This document shows, one piece after another, positions 25,339 to 38,384 of a stretch of DNA of 51,050 nucleotides. This DNA is from Octopus sinensis (taxonomy: Eukaryota): positions 1 to 51,050 of the forward strand of contig NW_021834244.1 of NCBI RefSeq assembly GCF_006345805.1. The letters run 5' to 3'. The number at the start of each line of letters is the position of its first letter. The first letter of the stretch is position 1. Both the position numbers and the translations under genes were made by a program. The notes beneath the pieces were generated by a model. That model was not told where the DNA came from and searched no databases. It was given only the letters and a program-made list of their open reading frames with translations.

Positions 25339-25607
25339 TAGATAGATACATACATACATACAATACATACATACATATAATTACGCATGAATGTGGTGGC
25401 CTGTACTATTCTAGACATTGGTACATCAGAGAGACACACGTGTCTTCAAATACATGTCTGTGTATGAGTGTGCATGTTTACCTCCGTGTGTGTTTGTGTA
25501 CGTTTGCGTGTGTGCGTGACAGAGAAAGTGAGACAGACAAACAGATATGCATATATATGCGTGTATATATATATATTTATATGTATGCATATATATGTAT
25601 ATATAAT

Positions 25608-25676
<69 letters not shown>

Positions 25677-25762
25677 ACGTATATATATATATATATATAT
25701 GTATATGTATATATATATGTGTGTGTGTGTATATATATTAACAACTGCTGGATGTGTTAAAC

Positions 25763-26137
25763 CACTACAGCTGTTTCCAACGTGTTTTTAATTTTTAGTT
25801 GATTAATGGAGCCATGACATCATTAGAAAAAAACGTTTTCATCAGGTGAATGCATGACACACAACATTTAAAAACACTTGAAAGCCAACAGCTTGTACTA
25901 CTTCATGGTTCTATGACCATTACCAGTCATACAAATATGATTCTATGCTTCTATGGCTGGCAATGCTCATGATTTTATCGCTGGCAATGCTCATAGAATC
26001 ATGAAGTAGTAAAAGCTGTTGGCTTTCAAGTGTTTTTAAATGTTGTGATTCATGCATTCACCTGATGAAAACGTTTTTACCTAATGATGTAATGGCTCCA
26101 TTAATCAATTAAAAACTCGTTGGAAACAGCTGTAGTG
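25763..26137. mobile_element. Fold-back MITE with imperfect inverted arms of about 160 bp
   Basis: 25763-25926 pairs with 25981-26137. Termini CACTACAGCTGTTTCC...GGAAACAGCTGTAGTG. Reads either as a TA TSD plus CAG-starting TIR (Tc1/mariner) or as a CACTA terminus without a matching TSD. Confidence 0.82.
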
Positions 26138-26890
26138 CACTGACATGCTATCCATCAATTGTTAATTATTTATTTATTATACGTCTCACTCGGAACCTGC
26201 TCCTTGCGTAGATCCGAAATATATTATAGACCGCATATTTAGTACCATGTGCGTTTCCAGATTAGCCTCAGGGCCCATGATGTCATGATATAACTCAGTC
26301 GAGTACAGCTAATTGTATACACAACGTGAATATCTTTCTGCCTGTACTTCGGCAACCACCTATTCCTCTATTTATGTTGTGCACACACATTTTTCGATCC
26401 GACCTGGTGTCTTACCATTTAAGTGCCTGATTCAGTCGAATCACTCTCTCTCTCTCTCTTTCTCTCTCTCCATATATATATATATATTTATATAATGTAT
26501 ATATAATATTATATATATATAATATATATATTATATATATATTATATATATGTATGTATATATAATATACATACATACATATACATGCATGTATACATGC
26601 ATACTATTCATTATTTATATTATATATACGCAAACTTGATAGAAATATAACATAATGGATATTATACCATTACTTACGCATGTACATATATACACATATA
26701 TATATATATATACACACATACATACATATATAGTTGTGTGTATGTTATAGGTAGGTATGTATGTATGTGTATGTGTATAATTATATATATATATAATATA
26801 TATATATTATATATATACATATATATATATATATACATATATATATACATATATATATATATATATGTATGTATATATATATATCTATAT

Positions 26891-26932
<42 letters not shown>

Positions 26933-27169
26933 TGCATATATACGCACCCACACACAAACGCATGCGCAGGTACTCACATATGAAAACATGCATCAGTTTG
27001 TATTGATAGCTGAGTGTGTAATTAATATCAATTATATAACCATTGTTATTAATGAATGCGATGGATGGGTGTATATAAATTGAAGAGAATGCATTAATGA
27101 TAATATAGAAAACGGATAGTGAAGCCCTAGTATAGATAACAATGATAAATAGCAATGCGTCGGTTATTA

Positions 27170-27193
27170 CTATTTTGACGATGATGATGATGA

Positions 27194-27232
<39 letters not shown>

Positions 27233-27549
27233 TGATGATGATGATGATGATGATGACGACGACGACGCCGACGGCGAAGAAAAGGAAGAAAAAGAAGAAA
27301 ATGATGATGATGATGATGATGATGACGCCGACGGCGAAGAAAAAGAAGAAAAAGAAGAGAAAGATGATGCTGATGAGAATGATGATGATGATGATTGATG
27401 ATGATTGATGATGATGATGATTGATGATGATGATGATGATGACGATGATGATGACGACGAAGAAAAAGAAGAAAAAGAAGAAAATGATGATGATGATGAT
27501 GATGACGACGACGACGCTGACGGCGAAGAAAAGGAAGAAAAAGAAGAAA

Positions 27550-27586
<37 letters not shown>

Positions 27587-27630
27587 CGACGATGACGACG
27601 ACGAAGAAAAAGAAGAAAAAGAAGAAGATA

Positions 27631-27665
<35 letters not shown>

Positions 27666-27854
27666 ATTGTTGATGATGATGATGACGACGACGACGCCGA
27701 CGGCGAAGAAAAAGACGAAAAAGAAGAAAAAGATGATGCTGATGATGATGATGATGATGATTGATGATAATTGATGATGATGATGATTGATGATGATGAT
27801 GATGATGATGATGATGACGACGATAACGACGACGAAGAAAAAGAAGAAAATGAA

Positions 27855-27917
<63 letters not shown>

Positions 27918-27937
27918 GATGATGATGATGGTGATGG

Positions 27938-27986
<49 letters not shown>

Positions 27987-28070
27987 GATGATGGAGGTGA
28001 TGATGATGGTGGTGGTGGTGCTGCTGGTGGCGGTGATGATGATAATGATGATGATGATGATGATGATAAT
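27170..28070. repeat. Higher-order compound repeat: (GAT/GAC)n runs punctuated by about 7 copies of (gacggc)gaagaaaa(a/g)gaagaaaa
   Basis: Directly visible. Confidence 0.92.
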
Positions 28071-28386
28071 TGAAAACTGCAACGGAATGCTTTAATTTGT
28101 CTTTTAATACCTACAGGAGTAGGCTCCGGCAAGCTGTAAACTCACGAACTGCATTCTAACCAATCGTCGCGCGGCTTAGATGTCGCCCTTTGGTGAGCGC
28201 GCCACCAACATACCTGATATCGTTAGCGATCCATTCACAAGAAGATTTTAAGCAATCAGCGTGCAGCTGAGTGAGCGTGACCACACACTGAATAAGTGGA
28301 CATCGACAGCATTGAATATCAGGAAGAATTACGGACTTCGTTGTTTGCCACACGATTGTTTTTACATTCAGTATACGTCATGTCGT

Positions 28387-28565
28387 TTACTCTTTACTCT
28401 ATTACTCTTTTACTTGTTTCAGTCATTTGACTGTGGCCATGCTGGAGCACCGCCTTTAGTTGGAGCAAATCGACCCCAGGACTTATTCTTTGTGAGCTCA
28501 GTACTTATTCTATCGGTCCATTTCGCCGAACCGCTAAGTTACGGCTGTCAAGCGACGTTGGGTGG
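28387..28565 (-). mobile_element. SINE family B, 3' half
   Basis: ttttacttgtttcagtcatttgactgtggccatgctggagcaccgcc... is the reverse complement of the family B 3' module. Confidence 0.82.
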
Positions 28566-28881
28566 AACATGGCTGGGGGACATGGCTGGGGGGCACGGCA
28601 GGTGCATGGCTGAAACGAATAAAAGAATTATATATATGTGTGTGTGTATGTGTGTGTGTGTGTATGTGTATGTGTGTGGTGTGTGTGTGTGTGTGTGTGT
28701 GTGTGTTAAAGGATGAAACCATTAGGAGGTCTCGCTCATTAACCGACGAGGATATCTGTTGCGAATTTTCCGTGTATCGTGTTTTTGTCTAATTTTCCGT
28801 TTGTTATGTATTTCGTTCAGTTTTCCATTTGCTGTGTTTTCGTCTAATTTTTTTTATTTGTCAGTTCTTTCTGTTCAACGC

Positions 28882-28937
<56 letters not shown>

Positions 28938-29686
28938 CAAAAAATGGCTTTGCGGTATATATATATAATCCTGGCGGTTAGTGTGTTAACTCTTAGATCG
29001 GTTCTCAACGCCGGTTATCACAGAGAATGTTGGAGATACACAAGTTAGTGAAATTCACTAAATTCGGTCATTATCTTCGTTTGGCAGGAATGTCCGTAGG
29101 TCCAAGCGAAGAACGATGTAAATAACTGTTTAATAAAATATGGATGTGCAAATCTCTGTTCCCCTTATCTTCATTAATTTCAATATATATAGGTGTGCAA
29201 GGAACCTTAGTCCTAATTTCCTATTTTTTTCCCTTCTATCAATGTTCACAGCAAGGAATGAATAAAGTTGCAACTTTCATCAATAAATATCTTCCACATT
29301 AATACCACTAACCCCCAAACATTCCATACACCATTCACATTCAAGTAATATATCTACCCTAATTGCACCATATCCAGAACTACTTACCTCCCTTACATAT
29401 AATCTTTTTACTCAGGGACTAGTAGAGCCGACACCGTTCGGTAATCGGTGCGCATTCAATGCCAGTGAACAGTAATTTTACGAAACCGGTATGCTTTTGA
29501 ATCTCTTTAACAATTCACAATAATGACTTTTATTACTTTTATTCCTACCTCAGTTCATCTAATTGTTTATATCTATCGTTACTTTTCATAAAACGCCTTA
29601 CTTTTTTTTATTTCCAATGGGCATTTTCGCTTTTTTTTTCTTACTTTCCCCTACTTTTCTACGTGTAGTTCCTAGTTTCTTTTTGT

Positions 29687-29768
<82 letters not shown>

Positions 29769-29777
29769 TATATATAT

Positions 29778-29990
29778 TATGGAGAGCTTGCAGATGGGAA
29801 ACGCTTTCGGTGTAAACCTAAAAAAAAGGTTTAAGGACTGCATAAGGGTTACTATGAAGTCACTTGGAATGGTTCCCGAAGTTATAGAAACCCTTGCTTC
29901 GGATCAAGTTGGATGGCGTACAAAGGTGTGGAGTGGAATGAAAGCATTTGAATAGGTCAGGATATCGCAAGTAAGACTCAAAAGAGATCT
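29778..29990 (+). mobile_element. 3' ORF fragment of an RTE/BovB-like LINE (frameshift and stop)
   Basis: YGELADGKRFRCKPK/KRFKDCIRVTMKSLGMVPEVIETLASDQVGWRTKVWSGMKAFE* resembles the RTE C-terminal YGEL..GKR..G..KKR.KD...W motif. +1 slip in an A8 run; TAG at 29953. Confidence 0.75.
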
Positions 29991-29997
29991 AATTTTT

Positions 29998-30119
29998 TCA
30001 TCATTGTTCGACCGTGGTCGAGACAATGGAATTTACCATGCTACGCCAGACTTCACGGTCCATCATGGCATTACGGAGGTCCTGTTGCTGGATGCCTATA
30101 TCCCTGGAGATTACATCAG
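29998..30119 (-). mobile_element. Extreme 3' end of a second RTE-clade LINE
   Basis: Minus strand DVISRDIGIQQQDLRNAMMDREVWRSMVNSIVSTTVEQ* followed by a TGA repeat; M.DR..WR is the typical RTE terminal motif. Confidence 0.72.
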
Positions 30120-30766
30120 AGATCTAAAGAAGAATGTAACAATCGAGAAGGTGACTGACAATGAACTTTTTAGTGTGCACACCCTGCGACAGACAATGCC
30201 TGTCTTTTGCTGGCCTCAAATCTTTCGTCTCCCAGGTTTTCTTGGTTTTCAGTTGTCATCAATGCTCCAATCATTTTACTTTTCTTCTTGGTAGAAGTGT
30301 TAGCCCTGCGCAAACGCATTTCTACCACCGGAACTACATGATTCATATTATTCTGGTTTCTAACCTTTAACCAGTCCAGCGTGAAAGACCCATCAGGGAG
30401 GTTTTGCCGCGCTAATGTGCTCTCAGGGTCACTGAGCCAAAAAATCCACCACAACACAACAAAGACTGGACCTTGTAGAAGTGCTATTACGCTTCAGCGG
30501 ATGCGATTTCGTTTCACTAGATATATGAAAGATGCAATGGCGGGTGGTCTCAAGGCTTTTATGCTTACGGTTTGGTAACTGGCCGAAACATCATTATTTT
30601 CAGCCGTGAGCACTTAACCATCTGGCCTTCTGTTTTTGCGTCATCAAGAGGGATTGTCAAGCGAAATCGCACCCGTTAAAGTATACTCGCAGGCAGAAAG
30701 GGTTAAATGGAGGATTTACGATTTCACTATTGCCGGTCATCGAATAGCTGTAAAGTTCATATACAC

Positions 30767-31182
30767 AGGCGCAGGAGTGGCTGTGTGGTAAGTAGCTTGC
30801 TAACCAACCACATGGTTCCGGGTTCATTCTCACTGCATGGCACCTTGGGCAAGTGTCTTCTGCCATAGCCCCGGGCCGACCAATGCCTTGTGAGTGGATT
30901 TGGTAGACGGAAACTGAAAGAAGCCTGTCGTATATATGTATATATATATGTATGTGTATGTGTGTTTGTGTGCATGTGTTTGTCTCCCTAGCATTGCTTG
31001 ACAACCGATGCTGGTGTGTTTACGTCCCTGTCACTTAGCGGTTCGGCAAAAGAAACCGATAGAATAAGTACTGGGCTTACAAAGAATAAGTCCCGGGGTC
31101 GATTTGCTCGACTAAAGGCGGTGCTCCAGCATGGCTGCAGTCAAATGACTGAAACAAGTAAAAGAGTAAAAGAGTAAAAGAG
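30767..31182 (+). mobile_element. SINE family B, full length
   Basis: Head, spacer, 3' module and three copies of the gtaaaaga tail unit. Confidence 0.9.
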
Positions 31183-31783
31183 TCCCTTCCTCCAGACCCT
31201 GCAAGTAAAATATGAACAGCATGAACAACAACAACAACAACAACAAAACCAGCAATGTGATCTTCGGTTACTGCAGAAATAGGAAAAAACACAGAAATGG
31301 GGATTCTTTAAGGGAGGGTGGATTTGCAGCGGAGTCATGGATTAGGATTTCCTTGAGAGTAAAGTACAAATAAAAAACAAATGAAAATAGCTGTTGAAAG
31401 GAAATTATAGATTTACTAAATTTCCGGCCAATTAATGTGTACCTTTATAGAAAATCTATAAATAATTAATTACTTCGTTAATGATTATTATCTTTTTATC
31501 TGGGCTTCGAGTGAGGTAGGAAGAAAGCTGAACTAGACGTCGTTGGTCGGAACGAGTGTAATTATTTCTATCACAAATTACAATTACATGTCCATCTGTT
31601 GTGTATTGACCTGAAAAATAACTTTTTCCCAAACTCCTCATCAAAGAAAATATTTAAAAAAAACAAAACAAAAAGAAAAGAAAATATAAGCAAAAATAAA
31701 TATGATATCTAAAAAAAAAATATTACTCAGCAAAAACTATCGACCAATATGCATTGGTAATAATGGCAATATTAATAATAATA

Positions 31784-31814
<31 letters not shown>

Positions 31815-31980
31815 TCTTGATGACGAAGGCTACAAAGACGGTGGTGGTGGTGGTGGTGGTGGTCGTCGTCGTCGTCGTCGTCGTCGTGTTGGTGGTTGTG
31901 GTGGTGGTGGTGATGGTGGTGGTGGTAGTGGTGGTGGTGGTGATGATGAAGACAACGATGACGATATTCATGGTGAGGAT

Positions 31981-32014
<34 letters not shown>

Positions 32015-32057
32015 CGATCACGATGATTTCATTTATACAACAGGAATAATAATAATG

Positions 32058-32112
<55 letters not shown>

Positions 32113-32161
32113 TGATTATAATAATAATAATAATATAATATTATTATTATTATTATTATTA

Positions 32162-32192
<31 letters not shown>

Positions 32193-32464
32193 ACAGCAAC
32201 AACACAACAACAACAATAACAATCATAACCAGATGATGCATTTTTACTCTTAGTTTTTTTTTTTAGTTGTTTTTTGTTGTCATTTTTTGTTTTTTGTTTC
32301 TTTTTTTTTCCCCTGAAAGATCTCTGTAACCCTTGTGTTTAATTCAAAGCTTCCTTTCACAGTGTAAGAGAGAGAGAGAAGGAAAAAAAACTGTGTGCAA
32401 CGAGCAAATTCTTTGAAGAAATATTAATATTTGGGAGTATTCATAATTTGATTGTTGGCGAGTT

Positions 32465-32644
32465 TGTGTGTATGGACGAGTATGAGTGTATGGACGAGTA
32501 TGTGTGTATGGAGGAGTATGAGTGTATGGACGAGTATGTGTGTATGGACGAGTATGAGTGTATGGACGAGTATGTGTGTATGGACGAGTATGAGTGTATG
32601 GACGAGTATGTGTGTGTGGACGAGTATGTGTGTATGGAGGAGTA
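32465..32644. repeat. 18-bp minisatellite (about 10 units) with alternating variants giving a 36-bp period
   Basis: GTGTATGGACGAGTAT(GA/GT) repeated. Confidence 0.95.
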
Positions 32645-33205
32645 ATATGAAAGGTAGTGCGTCTGAGGAACATGCTTAACATCTGTGCGTCAGCGCGTGT
32701 TTTTGTGGGGGGTTTTTATGCGTGATAGTGTGTGTTTGGCTTTTTGCGTTTGTGTATGAGTGCCTTTGAGAGAGAGTGTGTGTATGTGTGTGTGTTTGTG
32801 TACGTGTGTGTGGTGTGTGTGTGTGTGTGTGTATGAGTATATGGCTATATGCGTCTGTGCATCTACATGAGCATGTGGGTGTATTTTTATTTGGTAACTT
32901 AACGATGTCCGACGTCATTACCATTTCGACACTTTCCTTCTCTTTCTTCCAGTTCTTCTTTCACTCTCCTCCTTCTTCTCCTTCTTCTCCTTCTTCTTCT
33001 TCTTCTTCCCTTATTTCTTCCTCTCTTCTTCATATTCTTCTTCTTCTTTCTCCTCTTCCCACATCTACGCCTCTTCCTCCTCCTCTAGCTATTACTGAAC
33101 ACATTAATATTCAATTACACGACAACGTTGTCTTCGATTTTAAGCCCATCCTCGGTGAAACTTACCTCAATTAACCTCTTGACTCTTGCATTGTGTGGAA
33201 AAAGT

Positions 33206-33245
<40 letters not shown>

Positions 33246-33638
33246 GTGTGTATGTGTGTGTGAATGTGTGTGTGTGCGTGTGTGCGTGTGTGTGGCTGAG
33301 GGGAGGTGCTTGTGTGAGTTTAGGTGGTTTTCACTTCTTCTGTCTCATTCTCTTTACTCTCCTCGTCGGTTTACTCACTATGTACTCATCAGATATTTTA
33401 CACTCTGAAATATACATTCTCTTTCTTTCTTTCTCTCTCTCTCTCTCTCTCTCTCCCTCTCTTTCCCACTCTGTATATGTGTGTGCGCCTCTGTGTGTGT
33501 GCGTGAGTGCGTACGTGAGTATATGTGTGTGGGTGTGCGTGTGTGTGTGCGTTTACCAATTTATATCCATCTAATAACTGTCTATCCAGTTAAGTATCCG
33601 TGAATGTATCTATCTGTCTGCCCCCCCTCTCTCTCTCT

Positions 33639-33678
<40 letters not shown>

Positions 33679-33899
33679 AGTTATATATATAAATATGTTT
33701 ATATACATCTATAGATAGTTATATACACATACAGATACCGAAATTGCAAAGATAATCTGAAACTCGACTGAGGATAGAAAACTCCGAATGATTCAGCCTT
33801 GTTTTCCTTGAATCATCTGTCAGGATATTTTGTTTTCTCCTTTTCTTGTTTCGCCTGTCTGGATGTTTTGCGTTCTTGTCCCATTCTTGTATTTTTTAT

Positions 33900-34037
33900 A
33901 TATACATACATACATACATACATGCATACATGCATACATACATACATACATACATACATACATACATACATACATACATAATACATACATACATACATAC
34001 ATTCATACATACATACATACATACATACATACATACA

Positions 34038-34068
<31 letters not shown>
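33900..34068. repeat. (TACA)n microsatellite
   Basis: Directly visible. Confidence 0.97.
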
Positions 34069-34183
34069 CTAACACAGTTTCCATGAATCTGTATCTCGCA
34101 ACGGTGTCGTGTGACACTTCCTGTTTTTTTTCTCCGTCTCTTTGTCTCTATGCCTATCAATAAGTCTGTCTATTTATCTGCGT

Positions 34184-34228
<45 letters not shown>

Positions 34229-34460
34229 GTCTGTCCATTTGTGTATCATTGTAACATAAAACCTGCAGTTTATTCCATCCAATAAGTTATTGAAGAAACA
34301 AGCGACGACACATCGAAGTTTCATATTCTGACGCAACTTTTTCAACAATGACCAGCAACACGTAGATCTCAACAGCGAACTGCACATTACTCTAATTACA
34401 TACAACACCAATGACCAGCACTGTGCTTAAATCAAAGAAGAATATAGTGTAGTTAAACAT

Positions 34461-34868
34461 AGGCGCAGGAGTGGCTGTGTGATACGTAGCTTGCTTACGA
34501 ACCACATGATTCCGGGTTCAGTCCAACTGCGTGGCACCTTGGGCAAGTGTCTTCTACTATAGCCTCGGGCCGACCAAAGCCTTGTGAGTGGATTTGGTAG
34601 GTGGAAACTGAAAGAAGCCCGTCGTATATATGTATGTATATTAGTGTGTGTATATGTCTGTGTGTCTGTGTTTGTCCCCCCCACTATCGCTTGACAACCG
34701 ATGCTGGTGTGTTTACGTCCCCGTCACCTAGCGGTTCGGCAAAAGTGACCGATAAAATAAGTACTAGGCTTACAAAGTATAAGTCCTAGGGTCGATTTGC
34801 TCGACTAAAGGCGGTGCTCCAGCATGGCCACAGTCAAATGACTGAAACAAGTAAAAGAGTAAAAGAGA
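34461..34868 (+). mobile_element. SINE family B, full length
   Basis: Aligns end to end with 30767-31182. Confidence 0.9.
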
Positions 34869-35754
34869 ATGTAATGTTTGTGAAAATACGACATGGTTGT
34901 CACGACAGGAAACCCGCTGATTTTATCATACGTCTGCTTCATTAGATATGATCTGGGGCTGCAGTGACCAGCCCTGATTAGAACGAATTCAAACAGACCA
35001 ATGAACGATCTCGTGGCCCTGATACGGCATCAGTTTGTATGAATAAAGCTGTTTCGCTCGTAACTCTCTTAAATATCTCTTAAATGTTTCATGTTTTCCC
35101 CTTTTATTTTTAATGATATTTTGGTAAGCGCTGAGGTTGAGTTATTTGCTATATCTAGTGGTTTGTTCGACTCTGTAGGCGGCTTAAGAAGGTGCAAAAG
35201 CTTTGTGATTACAGATGTGATTGCGATGTATGATATGGGCAAACACAAATTCTCGATTTTAGAAAGATAATTATCTATATTCTATTGGTCTGTTCCATTT
35301 GTAGACTCGTTAGAGCATCAGACAGTATAACTCGTGATATTTGCTATGAACGATTTGCGCTCTAATTTCAAAACAGGCCGAGTTCAATTTCGTTTCTCGT
35401 CCTTTGAGAGTTAATTAGAGAATTACTACCAATCCAAGATTAAAATCTGACGGAATTGCCCGAGCTTCGGACAAGATTCCTGACAGTATTTGTTCCGGAA
35501 TTTACAATCTGGGTTCAAACGACGCAGAGGTCAACCATGAGTTTCATTCTTTTGAGAGTTAATATAGTACTATCTATCCAGGATGAAAAATTGGCGAAAC
35601 TGAAAAAAAAAAAACTCTGATGCTTTTTAGATATTTGTTAAGATTCTTTACATTCGGAGTTCAAGTCCCGCTACGGCCTAGTCGTAGTGTTGACTTGCTG
35701 TATAGCCCAGTTTTACACCATTACTTGACACCTTCAAGCCTAGTCTCCGGTTTG

Positions 35755-36201
35755 AGGTCACGAGACGGCAGAATCGTTGGCACGCCGGGCAAAATGCTTA
35801 GCGGCATTTCGTCCGTCTTTATGTTCTGGGTTCAAGTTCCGCCGAGATCGACTTTGCCTTTTATCCTTTTGGATTCGATGAAAACAGTACCAGTCAAATA
35901 CTGGGGTCAATGTAATCGACTAGTACCCTCCGATCAAATTTCAGGTTTTGTACCCCTACTAGAAAGGATTATTATTATTAAGGGCGCGAGACAGCAGAAT
36001 CGTTAGGACGTCGAGCAAACTGCTCAACAGCATTTTACCCTTTCTTACGTTTGGGGTTCAAATTCCGCATAGGTTGACTTTGCCTTAAATCCCTTTCGGG
36101 GTCGATAAAGCAAGTACCAGTTGAGCAATGGGAGTCGATGTAATCGACTCATCCTCTTCGCCCGAAAGTGTTGGTCTTGTGCTTACTGTACGAAGGTTTA
36201 T
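35755..36201 (+). mobile_element. Two head-to-tail SINE family A copies (35755-35979; 35980-36201)
   Basis: Each has a gcagaatcgtt head, gttcaa B-box, body and gaaggattatt-like tail; the second starts in the tail of the first. Confidence 0.82.
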
Positions 36202-38384
36202 TTTCAGAGACAATATAAAAAAAAATCGTAAACACCTATTTTCCTGAATGTGCGATAAAAATAGATAACGAAAAAGTCAATCATATCTTCTGAATCTGTC
36301 TTATTCCTCTGATCAGAAATTCCAAGGCTTCAGAATAACACAATTTTGTCTCTTCTTTAAAGGTTCTTTATTGTACATCTTATCTGTATCTGTTTGTCTT
36401 AACATTTGAGAGAAATCAAGATTAAAATACGCCAAGAAGAAGCAAAAGTAGAGAATTAAACTTAGAGACGTGCAAGCAGTCGTGTCTGTTGGTGTGTTAG
36501 CAATATTTGTACACCAAGTATTTGCTCATGTAGTTGCTTAATATCCGGATTGTTGAAGTAGTTTCCATGTGTTAAATTGCTCCTGTCCAGAAATATTTAG
36601 GCTCTGAGTAAATAGAAGGAATTTCTAAAACTAGTAGTATTGGTATTGATACAGAATCTCTAACGATCGTTGATTTTTAATGAACATGTACAGCTTATTG
36701 TCATTTCCAGTGTCCATACACGATTGTTTGACGTGTAAATTAGAGGATGTTATTACTGTTTATAGAATAACAGTGTGTAAATAGGGCTGGAAAAGGTCAA
36801 TCGGATAATATTATTACTTTTAGCTTTGAAATTGAATGTCGAAGATAGATATTGATGTTGTCGGAGGTTCGTGTTTCAATGCAATGGATTTCGTAAGTCA
36901 ATGTTCTGTTTTCGAATTCCGCATTGTATAGATTTTAAGCTTCTTATTTCCCTAAGCATTACCAGTAATTCTCTGGAGGTGATGCACCAGAGTATATTCT
37001 ACTATTTAGTCAAGTATATGTTTGAATGGACACACTGTAAAATATATTCTCTGTTTAGTGAAATATGTATTGTGCATCGGGAGTCAGTGATTTGGCAGAG
37101 GTCAAATACTTTTTTTTATTTTGGGTTTTTTTTTTGTTGCTGTTTGTGTTTTTTTAGTTCAAATCATGCCTAAGGCACTTGTTGCTTTCCTCAATTCCGG
37201 GGATACCGAACAGAATGCGAGTTTAAAGTAATGGACTGGATGAAGGGTTAGAGCGTCGCATCGTAATACCTTCTGACATGTTTCTTTTTTGGGGGTGAGG
37301 TGGGGGCGTCTAGTGGTGGAGAATCACGTGATTCGTGAGTGCTTTTGCGGAGCCCGCAAAGACACATTCGACAACCTATCGGCAAAATGTAAAAGTTTAT
37401 ATATTTAAGAAAAATTAAATGAATGTGGTTAATTATTGATAGACTCCGACGGTATTGTTTGCTTTGTGTAAGAGTAGAGAAGTGATAGAGTAAGGGAGAA
37501 CTTTTATTCTGCATTTGTTTACAATTTTCTGATTGTATTTAGTTTTGTAACTCCCGCACTGGGTCCCATTCTATCATTTTTACCTAATCTAATTTCACAA
37601 AAGAAGTTGATATTTGAGACGAGATTTATAAAAACATGGATTGATAAACATCGTGACTGATAAAAATCAGGATTGATAAATATCCGTACATACACGAATG
37701 ATAACCGATCCCTTGGAGGAGGGAGTAAAAATCTAGAATCTTTTCCGAGTAACTGTTTTAAGAAATCGATTTTTTTCCAATATTCATCGGGAGGGGGTTA
37801 ATCCTTTGTATACAGATTACGGTAAAAACGTAAATTCTATCCTACTCTAACATCAGTGCGTTTCGATGTACAAACTCTCGTCATCATTATGTTACTAATT
37901 ACTGAAGTTAATTATCAAAAGACATCTGCAATTACTGTAGTAAAATTAGTCTAATACAAAATACAACATAACATCATTTCTCAAATTACTCTAGACCAAT
38001 TACCTGTATGATTTACTGTTATTAGTTGCTCTTTTATTCCTTTACCGTTCCAGCCTGTCGACCACCGTCATGCCGAGGCGATGATGGAGAACTGACATAC
38101 ATTTTGTTTTTATTTATTTCAAAGAATATTTGATTTCCAGTTTTTGGATTGTACCTTTGAATTCCAGCGCCTCGGAATTAATTTCAATGTATTAGAGTCT
38201 AATATTAGGCAAACCCTGAAATTTAGCATAAAATCTGGTCGAAAAAGTTGACTCTTAACATGAATTTATTGCGTTAATAATTACGGGAAAGATTATTTTG
38301 CTTCTCTCGTTCTTCAACAGAATCATAGATTTGTATTGACAACGATCAATTATTGATCGCTTTACATGAAACGTTCCAGATTGA

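Noticed and set aside
30004-30294. 96-aa ORF with a PDF...LLLDAYIPGD stretch resembling a PD-(D/E)xK nuclease
   Set aside because: It is antisense to a clear RTE 3' end over 30004-30119, so the resemblance is probably coincidental.
30130-30700. Non-repetitive stretch with several short ORFs
   Set aside because: No recognisable domain in any frame; may be an old TE but cannot be assigned by eye.
33360-33392. CTGATGA on the minus strand near TAAAC
   Set aside because: No GAAA and no helix II or III pairing.
36300-37000. Possible decayed Penelope GIY-YIG region on the minus strand
   Set aside because: Only scattered resemblance and no YIGQT-type motif; needs TBLASTN.
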